A stretch of 64,000 bases of DNA from Deltaproteobacteria bacterium (GTDB lineage Bacteria > Myxococcota_A > Polyangia > Polyangiales > Houyiibacteriaceae), in NCBI GenBank assembly GCA_017644045.1, contig JAEPMI010000013.1:327556-391555 (forward strand), given 5' to 3'. Positions 17,228 to 24,211 of the stretch are shown here, one piece after another. The notes under the pieces were generated by a model. It was not told the origin of the DNA and made no database searches. It saw only the letters and a program-made list of their open reading frames with translations. The position numbers and the translations under genes were made by a program. The number at the start of each line of letters is the position of its first letter. Positions within the stretch are counted from its first letter, which is position 1.

Positions 17228-18418
17228 ATGCGCCGACTCTTCGTCGGCTTCCTCACCCTCCTCGCCGGCGCGGGCCTCGGTTGGCTGGCCTCGGACGTGG
17301 TCGACGACGACCGCTTTCGCGAGATGGCCCAGATCGCTCAAGCCCTGATGGAGGAAGAGGACGGCGCCGCGTGGCCGCCGCGCCAGCACGAGGGCCAGCT
17401 CGACGCGGGCACGCCTCGGCCGGTTCGCGACGCTGGGCTGAACGTCGACGCGGGCCCGCCGTTGCCCACCCCGCCGCCGGCGCGCCCGGGTTTCCAGGTT
17501 CGGCAGGAACAGCGCGATGGGCTCTATCTGCTCGAGGCGGTGATCGGCGACGCCGACTTCGACGATCCCCTGCCGCTGGTGGTCGTGCTGCACGGTCGAG
17601 GCGACCGTGCCCACGTGCCCGGCGGTCCCTTCATGAACCTCGCGCACCCAGTGCGCGTGATCGTGCCCCAGGCCCCGGACCCGCTCGGCGACGGCTGGCA
17701 GTGGCTGCCCGTGCGGGTGGGTGACAACCTCGTCGACCGCCTCTCGTCGACGCTCTTCGAGACCGCGGACCGGTTGGCGAGCTTCATCCAGGGCTTGCTC
17801 GACGAGCGCCGCACCGAAGGCCGCGCCATCGTGACCGGGTTCAGCCAGGGGGGCCTGCTGACCATGACCCTCGGGGTTCACCACGACGACGTGGTCGGCC
17901 ACGCGATCCCGCTGGCGTCCTGGCTGCCTCCGCCCCTCGAGCCTTCGTACCTACGGCGCGATCGGCGGCCCGCGGGGATCCGATCGATGCACGGCACCGC
18001 GGACACGATCGTGCCCATCGACCCGACCACCGCGCTCTTCGGGCGACTCTCGGAGATCGGCTACGACGTGGAGCTCGTTCAGGTGCCCGGCATCGAGCAC
18101 ACGATGAGCCAGGAGATGAACCTGCTCTTCCACGAGTGGCTGGACGAGGCAGTGTGCGAGATGGTCGAGGATCCCGTCTGCGCGGCGAGCGCCCGCCAGC
18201 GAGCGGCCGAGCTCCGAGCGCTGCCGGCGCCGCCGATGCCCGATGCCTTCGTCCCACTCGATGGGGCCGTGCTGGATGGGGCCGTGCAGGACGGAGCCGT
18301 CCTGGACGGGGCGGTGCGCCGTCGGCCGCGGCTGGACGGGGGACCCCTGCCCGCGGTGCCCGATCGGGTCGATGAGGCGCCGGTCCCGGAGATTCCGCCG
18401 CCCGGTTTTGAAAACTGA
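17228..18418 (+). CDS. Membrane-anchored alpha/beta hydrolase (phospholipase/carboxylesterase family) with repetitive C-terminal tail
   Basis: Start at MRRLFVGFLTLLAGAGLGWL. Catalytic-type motifs GFSQGG, HGTADTIVP and GIEHTM are present. The tail is DGAVLDGAVQDGAVLDGAV. Confidence 0.7.
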   Translation: MRRLFVGFLTLLAGAGLGWLASDVVDDDRFREMAQIAQALMEEEDGAAWPPRQHEGQLDAGTPRPVRDAGLNVDAGPPLPTPPPARPGFQVRQEQRDGLYLLEAVIGDADFDDPLPLVVVLHGRGDRAHVPGGPFMNLAHPVRVIVPQAPDPLGDGWQWLPVRVGDNLVDRLSSTLFETADRLASFIQGLLDERRTEGRAIVTGFSQGGLLTMTLGVHHDDVVGHAIPLASWLPPPLEPSYLRRDRRPAGIRSMHGTADTIVPIDPTTALFGRLSEIGYDVELVQVPGIEHTMSQEMNLLFHEWLDEAVCEMVEDPVCAASARQRAAELRALPAPPMPDAFVPLDGAVLDGAVQDGAVLDGAVRRRPRLDGGPLPAVPDRVDEAPVPEIPPPGFEN

Positions 18419-18459
18419 GCCGATCCCGTGAAGATGTGGCCACTGGAACAGGTGGACCC

Positions 18460-19836
18460 ATGCGCTTTCTTCTCTCCCTGACGCTCACTCTCGGACTGCT
18501 CGGCTGCGGCGACGACGGCCGCCGGGTGTCTCGCGACACTCCCACCACCGACATGGGCGGTGACCCCGGCGACCGTGACTTCGGTCCGCCCCGCAGCGGG
18601 AACGCGACCATCTACGGCCAGGTCTGGGCGCCGGGGAACGCACCCGGGATGGTTCCCGCCGGCCACGAGATCCCGATCTTCGATGCGCTCGTTCGCCTCA
18701 CGGTCGATCGGGTGCCGGCGATCCCGGCCGGGGTCTATTGCGAGTCCTGCCAGGACGTCGGCGGTTGGTACTCGCGCAGCGATCACGACGGCAACTTCCG
18801 GATCGACAACGTGGTGGGGGGCAGATACTGGCTGACCATCGAGAAGGGGCAGTTCCGGATCGAGCGGCTCATCGAGATCGCGGAGTTCGACGAGTACGCG
18901 GCCCCGGCCGAAGCCACCACGCTTCCCTCCGTGCACGACCCGGATTCGGGGAGCTGGGTCCCGCGCATCGCGGTCGCCACGGGCATTCACGACTCGCTCG
19001 AGGACGTGCTCGGGAAGATGAGCATCGGCGACGTCGACGGCAGCGGCTCCTACGCGGTCGGTGCCGGCACCGACCAGATCGACTTCTACGACAACGGCGG
19101 CGCCGACTTCAGCGGCCACATGGAAGGCACGCTCACCGACCTCGTCAGCGACCTCGGTCGGATGATGCAGTACCACGTGATCTTCATTCCCTGCGCGAGC
19201 GCCGGCCACACGAGCGCGCTCCAGGACTCGGCGGTGCTCGACAACATCCGCGAGTACGTGCAGATGGGCGGCAAGCTCTACGTCACCGACTGGTCCGGCG
19301 AGTGGATGGACAACGTCTTCCCGTCGTTCATCGAGCTCGGTGCGGGTGAGGACACGCCGGCCGCCGCCTACGACCTCGAGTCGAACACCTGGAACACCAG
19401 CCTCTTCGGCGACGCCGACGGGTCGCTCTATTCGAGCCCCGACGGAGAAGCGGTGAACACCGACCTGCACGCCTGGCTCGATGGACAATCGGGCCCGCTG
19501 GCCGAGGGCGGCACCGGCACCTTCAACGCCAGCTACTTCGACGTGGTCGACAGCTGGAACGTCGTGGAGAACCTCGAGCGCACGCTCATCGGCTACGACG
19601 ACGAGGGGCTCCCGGTCTACGACGACCCGGAGGCGTGGGTCATCGGCTCCGTCAACGGCAGCGGCGCGAAGAAGCCACTGACCGTCACCTTCGAGCCGGG
19701 CGGCTGCGGTCGCGTCCTCTACTCGACCTATCACACCACCGGTACGCCTCACGACGGACTGGTCCCGCAGGAGCGGGTGCTGCTCTACCTCATCATGGAG
19801 ATCGGTATCTGCAAGACGGGTCCGATCCTGATCTGA
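18460..19836 (+). CDS. Lipoprotein with carboxypeptidase-regulatory-like beta-sandwich N-domain, function unknown
   Basis: MRFLLSLTLTLGLLGCGDDG lipobox. IYGQVWAP...SDHDGNFRIDNVVGGRYWLTIEKG resembles a CarboxypepD_reg fold. The remainder is unassigned. Confidence 0.65.
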   Translation: MRFLLSLTLTLGLLGCGDDGRRVSRDTPTTDMGGDPGDRDFGPPRSGNATIYGQVWAPGNAPGMVPAGHEIPIFDALVRLTVDRVPAIPAGVYCESCQDVGGWYSRSDHDGNFRIDNVVGGRYWLTIEKGQFRIERLIEIAEFDEYAAPAEATTLPSVHDPDSGSWVPRIAVATGIHDSLEDVLGKMSIGDVDGSGSYAVGAGTDQIDFYDNGGADFSGHMEGTLTDLVSDLGRMMQYHVIFIPCASAGHTSALQDSAVLDNIREYVQMGGKLYVTDWSGEWMDNVFPSFIELGAGEDTPAAAYDLESNTWNTSLFGDADGSLYSSPDGEAVNTDLHAWLDGQSGPLAEGGTGTFNASYFDVVDSWNVVENLERTLIGYDDEGLPVYDDPEAWVIGSVNGSGAKKPLTVTFEPGGCGRVLYSTYHTTGTPHDGLVPQERVLLYLIMEIGICKTGPILI

Positions 19837-20042
19837 GTCGGTCGCGACACACGCGCGATGAATGCGCGCTCAATCACGTTTCCCCCGTGTTTCTAGGGGC
19901 GATGGCCGAAGGTTGCGCACGAGACGTCGCTCACGACGCGTCGCGTAAACGCGGGTCGTTGGCAGGCTTCCTGCTTTGTTCTCGGGTGAGGCGCGCGCGC
20001 ACTGCGCCGCCGTCACGAGAGAGAGATGGGGGAAAGTCCACC

Positions 20043-20234
20043 ATGAAGTACGCACACGACGAAGAGAATCAGCCCAACCTGCTCGAGAACCTGGAGCGCC
20101 TCAGCCACGGATCGCCGCTCTACAGCGGGGATCTCGGCAGCGTGCTCGGCGACGAAGACGACACCTGGATGCTCTTCGAGCACAACGCCCGCATCGACCT
20201 CGAGGTCGAGTGCTGGGGTCGGCGCCTCGCCTGA
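20043..20234 (+). CDS. Small hypothetical acidic protein (63 aa)
   Basis: ATG preceded by GGGGGAAAG 8 nt upstream. Only the last 63 codons of the 199-aa ORF look protein-like, and there is no recognisable motif. Confidence 0.3.
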   Translation: MKYAHDEENQPNLLENLERLSHGSPLYSGDLGSVLGDEDDTWMLFEHNARIDLEVECWGRRLA

Positions 20235-20333
20235 GCGACCGAGGCGAACCGTGACACGCTGACGAGGTGTGTGGCGGTTTACGCGCCTCCTTGTCGCGAA
20301 GTGCGAGAATGTTTTCGCATGATGCGCCGCGTC

Positions 20334-20361
20334 GGATGTCCGACGCGGCGCGTTGCAATTG
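20334..20361. terminator. Perfect inverted repeat GCGCCGCGTCGGA-tg-TCCGACGCGGCGC between convergent genes
   Basis: Read directly. A second hairpin GGGCTCA-cgcgt-TGAGCCC follows at 20375-20393, just beyond the minus-strand stop at 20402. Confidence 0.45.
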
Positions 20362-20401
20362 ATGGGGCTCACGCGTTGAGCCCTCATTCATCGGGGCGAG
20401 G

Positions 20402-21358
20402 TCAGCCCCAGAGGCTCGGACCGTAGGGGGCGATCCGGTCACCCTCGTAGGTCAGGCCGGGCTCTCGATCGCGGGCCAAGAGGAGTGGACCATCCAGGTC
20501 CACCAGGAACGCATCCGACGCCAGCAGGAGCGCGGGGGCGATCGCCAGCGACGTCGAGACCGCACAGCCGACCATGACGAGCAGACCGGCGTCGGCCGCA
20601 CGGTCACGCGCGGCGAGCGCATCCCGAAGACCACCGGTCTTGCCGAGCTTCAGGTTCACGCCGTCGTAGCGATCGGCGAGCCGCGCGACGTCGGCCGCCG
20701 AGTGGCAGCTCTCGTCCGCGAGGACGGCGAGCGGGAAGCTGCCACGCCGTAGCTCCGAGTCCGCGCGGCGCGGCAGGGGCTGCTCGATGGCCACCACCCC
20801 GAGCTCCGCGAGTGCTTCGGCGGATTCGCCGAGCGCGCGAAGGGTCCAGGACTCGTTGCCGTCGACCACGAGCCGTGCGGTCGGGGCGCCCCGCCGAACG
20901 GCTTCGGCCAAGGCGATCGCGTCGTCGGGCCCTGCCTTGATCTTCAGCGTCGCGAACTCCTGCCGACGCGCGGCGGAGGCCTCCATCGCCTCGGGTGAGT
21001 CGATGCCGATCGTGTACGCGGTGCGGCAACCCTCGAAGGGCGCGCAGCCGAGCACCTCGTGGGCGCGTCGTCCGCTTCGCTTGCACTCGAGGTCGATCGC
21101 GGCGAGCTCCATCCCGTTGCGCGCTGCGCCCGGCGGCAGCTGGTCCGGGGTCGACGCGCTCGCGAGCTGCGCCAAGACCGACTCCACCGTCTCACCGTAG
21201 CCGTCGTAGGGCACGCACTCGCCGAGGCCCCGAGCCTCGCCGGAGCGCGCCTCGACGACGATGACCGCCGTCTCGTGGCGCGTGACCTTGGCGGTGCGGA
21301 AGGCACCCTCGATCGGCCATCGCTCGACGCTCGCGCGCCACTCGATCGGGCCGCTCAG
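20402..21358 (-). CDS. Dipeptide (L-Ala-D/L-Glu-type) epimerase, enolase superfamily, N-terminus lacks a canonical start
   Basis: LKIKAG (KxK), VVDGNESW, IEQPL, LADES, NLKLGKTGG. The capping-domain sequence IEWRASVERWPIEGAFRTAKV..VVEARSG..GLGEC lies upstream of the first ATG/GTG/TTG (21214) but in the same open frame. CTG at 21358 overlaps the upstream stop. Confidence 0.75.
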   Translation of the reverse strand: MSGPIEWRASVERWPIEGAFRTAKVTRHETAVIVVEARSGEARGLGECVPYDGYGETVESVLAQLASASTPDQLPPGAARNGMELAAIDLECKRSGRRAHEVLGCAPFEGCRTAYTIGIDSPEAMEASAARRQEFATLKIKAGPDDAIALAEAVRRGAPTARLVVDGNESWTLRALGESAEALAELGVVAIEQPLPRRADSELRRGSFPLAVLADESCHSAADVARLADRYDGVNLKLGKTGGLRDALAARDRAADAGLLVMVGCAVSTSLAIAPALLLASDAFLVDLDGPLLLARDREPGLTYEGDRIAPYGPSLWG

Positions 21359-22062
21359 CGGAACTGCTCGACCAGGTCGAGGATCAGCGGGCTCGACCAG
21401 TCACGGGCGCCGTCGTAGCGAAAGCGGACCACGCCGCGGGGATCGATGATGAACGTCTCGGGGTAGAGCTCGGTGCCGAACATCCCGTTGACCACGCTCT
21501 TGTCGGGATCGAAGAGGTGCGTGAGGCGCGGGTTCTGCGGCAGGTGCTCGGCGACCGCCTCCATGCCCGCGTCGGTGGAGATGGCCACCACCTCCACGTC
21601 GTCCCACTCCTCCGCCATGTGGGCGAGGAGCTCGAGGCTGGGCATCTCTTCCAGGCAAGGCGCGCAGGTCTCGCTCCAGAAGTTCATGATGACGACCTTC
21701 CCGCGCTGGTCTTCCATCCGCCAGGTGCCGCCATCGGCGGTCTCGACGGTGAAGTCGGGGACCAGTCGGTCGTGGCCCAGATAGTGCGGGAAGCCGCCTT
21801 CGCCGGCAGCGAGCTGCTCGAAGCGCTCGTCGCCGAAGAGCGAGCGCAGCGGCGCTTCGTCCGCGCGCGTGATCGCGTCCTTCAGCGCCATGCCGAGCAC
21901 GATGATCAGCGGTAGGGCGATCGCGCCCGCGACGGACGCCGCGATCACCTCGGCGCGCACCTGCTCCGGCTCGAGCGCTTTGCGCTCTTTCTTGGCCTTC
22001 TTCTCCTTGGCAGGCTTCTCGGCCGGCGCATCGCTCTCGCGGTCTCGCTTCTCGTCGCTCAT
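21355..22062 (-). CDS. TlpA/ResA-like membrane-anchored thioredoxin (thiol:disulfide oxidoreductase)
   Basis: Lys/Glu-rich N-terminus, one TM (VIAASVAGAIALPLIIVLGMAL) and the redoxin motif NFWSETCAPCLEEMP. Confidence 0.8.
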   Translation of the reverse strand: MSDEKRDRESDAPAEKPAKEKKAKKERKALEPEQVRAEVIAASVAGAIALPLIIVLGMALKDAITRADEAPLRSLFGDERFEQLAAGEGGFPHYLGHDRLVPDFTVETADGGTWRMEDQRGKVVIMNFWSETCAPCLEEMPSLELLAHMAEEWDDVEVVAISTDAGMEAVAEHLPQNPRLTHLFDPDKSVVNGMFGTELYPETFIIDPRGVVRFRYDGARDWSSPLILDLVEQFR

Positions 22063-22574
22063 GCGGATTCCACGTGTCCCTTCGAGGGCTCCCAGCCGGC
22101 CATCGGGTCTTCCACCCGTGGCGGCTCGATCGTCTCGCCACCGACCGTGAGAGCCATGGCGTCACCCTGCTCCACGAGCAAGGGCGCGAGCTGGGTCGTG
22201 GCGTGGTTGTCGAAGCGCGCCGGGACGCGGCCCTCGCGAACGTCGCACCAGAGGGAGTCGTCCGGAGCGATGCGGAGCGACTGCGGGTCGAGCCCCTCCA
22301 CTCGGTCGCCCGAGAGGTGCAGCTGCACTCGATCGCCGTCCAGCGTCACCGACCGGACGAAGAAGGGCGGGCCCTCGATCGCCGCGTAGACCCAGTGGAT
22401 GTCGTTCTTCAGGCAGAAGCGGCCATCGGGCGCCCGATCGATCCAGCGCTCGAAGGAGCGGACCAGGTTGTCGTGGGCGATGCGCTCCTCGCCGTCGAAC
22501 CAGCGGCCGGCTCGGTCCCGACGGATCGAGGTCTCGCGGGTGTAGCCGCGCTTCAACATCTCCTCGGGCGTCAC
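22059..22574 (-). CDS. DUF1285-family protein
   Basis: IRRDRAGRWFDGEERIAHDNLVRSFERWIDRAPDGRFCLKND...IEGPPFFV matches the DUF1285 pattern as I remember it. The start is uncertain (GTG 22574 or ATG 22559). The stop overlaps the TlpA-like start (ATGA). Confidence 0.6.
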   Translation of the reverse strand: MTPEEMLKRGYTRETSIRRDRAGRWFDGEERIAHDNLVRSFERWIDRAPDGRFCLKNDIHWVYAAIEGPPFFVRSVTLDGDRVQLHLSGDRVEGLDPQSLRIAPDDSLWCDVREGRVPARFDNHATTQLAPLLVEQGDAMALTVGGETIEPPRVEDPMAGWEPSKGHVESA

Positions 22575-22670
22575 CCGCTCGCCATACCACGGCGAGGGCC
22601 GATGGGCATGAGTCCAGCTCGCATCTCTCGCGGCTTGCGATGGCGACGGAAAACGATAGAGTCGGCCGCC

Positions 22671-23315
22671 ATGAGCCAGGACGTCGTCACTTTCCTCCGC
22701 GAGACCTTTCCCCGCCTCTTCGAAAAGGGCGTTTCCGACCTGGAGGCGAAAGCCGCCGGCGGTGACGCGAAGGCCCAGGCGGCCCTCGACGACGTGAAGG
22801 GCGCCACCGGCGCCGTCGTCCTCGAGGTCGAGGGCGTGGACACCGTCTACCTCCGTGCGGACGCCGGCAAGATGACGGTGCTCGACGCGGCGCCCGACGG
22901 CAGCGACGTGAAGCTCGCGGTCGCCGCGCCCAGCAAGGCGATGCAGACGCTCCTCGGTGAGGCCCAGGCCGCCGGCGAGCTCGAGGACGAGTCCAAGGCT
23001 GCCAAGCGCGCCGTCATGACGGCCAGCAAGCGCCTTCAGGACGCGCTGGGCGACACGAGCCTCGAGTTCCACGTCATCGCGACCGGCGTGCCGGACCTCG
23101 ACGAGGTCACCATCAAGATCGGCCTCAACGCGCCGGAGCCCCCGGCCGAGCCGAAGTTCACCGCCACCATCGCGTACTCGGACCTCGAGGCGATGCAGAC
23201 CGGCGAGACCAACATCCAGATGCTCTTCATGGGCGGCAAGCTCCGGATGGCCGGCGACTACTCGTCGGCGCTCCAGATGGGCATGCAGCTCATGGCTCAG
23301 ATGCAGCAGCAGTGA
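22671..23315 (+). CDS. SCP2 sterol-carrier-like domain protein
   Basis: 214 aa starting at MSQDVVTFLRETFPRLFEKG. C-terminal GETNIQMLFMGGKLRMAGDYSSALQM is the typical SCP2 tail. Confidence 0.7.
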   Translation: MSQDVVTFLRETFPRLFEKGVSDLEAKAAGGDAKAQAALDDVKGATGAVVLEVEGVDTVYLRADAGKMTVLDAAPDGSDVKLAVAAPSKAMQTLLGEAQAAGELEDESKAAKRAVMTASKRLQDALGDTSLEFHVIATGVPDLDEVTIKIGLNAPEPPAEPKFTATIAYSDLEAMQTGETNIQMLFMGGKLRMAGDYSSALQMGMQLMAQMQQQ

Positions 23316-24159
23316 ACGCGAGGAGCGCGGGCAGCACCCGCGCGACCTCTTCCTCACTGTCGGGCGGGTAGAACCAGCGGGTCGGACGAACCCAGGTCCT
23401 TGGCTGACGCACCTGCAGCCCGCCGCTTCCCAGCTCCACCAGGAGCGCGAGCGCGCCGTAGCGCTCGTGCAGGTGGTCGAGCTCCATCCCCGGGGCGAAC
23501 GCGCCGGGCACCCAGCGCGACGACTGGCGGATCCGGTAGTGGAGCCCGTCGATGGAAGATTGGAGCGCCTCGGCGGCCCGGCGGTGCTCGTCGTAGCGAT
23601 GGGGGCGACGCCAGACGCTGCCGTAGGGGTGGAGGATCATCCGTCCGAAGCTGTGCAGGCTGAGGGCGCGGTCGATCGTCGAGCCTGCCGCGACCATCAC
23701 GTCGAGGGCCTCGAGCACCGAGCGGACTTCCGGCTCGCTGGCCGGCCCGCTGCCGGAGTGACCGAGAAAAGGCACGAGCCGGGTCCCGAAGCGGGCAGCC
23801 GTCCAATGGGTGGGCCAGTTCCGGTTGAGGTCCACGCCCCGAGCGTTCGCCCGCCGAAAGCGCCGACGGCCCGCGGCGAGATCCGCGGCCACCGAGGCCG
23901 CGCCGTCGGGATTGACCAGCGGCGCGACCCAAATCCGTCGATCGCTCGGCGGGCTCGCCGCGAGTCGCTCGGCCAGCGCGCACGCGGCGTCCACGCCGAT
24001 CCACTCCATCGCGTGGATCCCGCCCAGCACCACCGTGACCCGCGCGGCGTTTTCTGGTCCGAAAGCGAACGCACGCAGCGGTCGACCCTCGACGCTCCGA
24101 CCGAAGACCTCCGACGACCGCTCGGCGGCCAGTCGCTCCACCCGTGCCTCGGCGCTCAT
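23290..24159 (-). CDS. M14-family zinc carboxypeptidase-like protein
   Basis: Start at MSAEARVERL. Zinc and substrate motifs GGIHAMEW (HxxE), GVDLNRNW and SLHSFG are present. There is a 26-nt convergent overlap with the SCP2 gene. Confidence 0.75.
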   Translation of the reverse strand: MSAEARVERLAAERSSEVFGRSVEGRPLRAFAFGPENAARVTVVLGGIHAMEWIGVDAACALAERLAASPPSDRRIWVAPLVNPDGAASVAADLAAGRRRFRRANARGVDLNRNWPTHWTAARFGTRLVPFLGHSGSGPASEPEVRSVLEALDVMVAAGSTIDRALSLHSFGRMILHPYGSVWRRPHRYDEHRRAAEALQSSIDGLHYRIRQSSRWVPGAFAPGMELDHLHERYGALALLVELGSGGLQVRQPRTWVRPTRWFYPPDSEEEVARVLPALLAFTAAASEP

Positions 24160-24211
24160 GGCTCCTGAGTACCGGTCCCTGACGAAAGGGCAAAGTGAGC
24201 GCTGCTCGTCT

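Noticed and set aside
22555-22680. Apparent 1-nt disagreement between my hand reading of the printed sequence and the ORF-track frames (around catc/ctcctc at 22558-22566)
   Set aside because: Both the plus-strand and minus-strand track ORFs read through this point consistently, so I treat it as my own counting error, not a frameshift. Coordinates in this region were derived from the track by counting residues from the stop codons.
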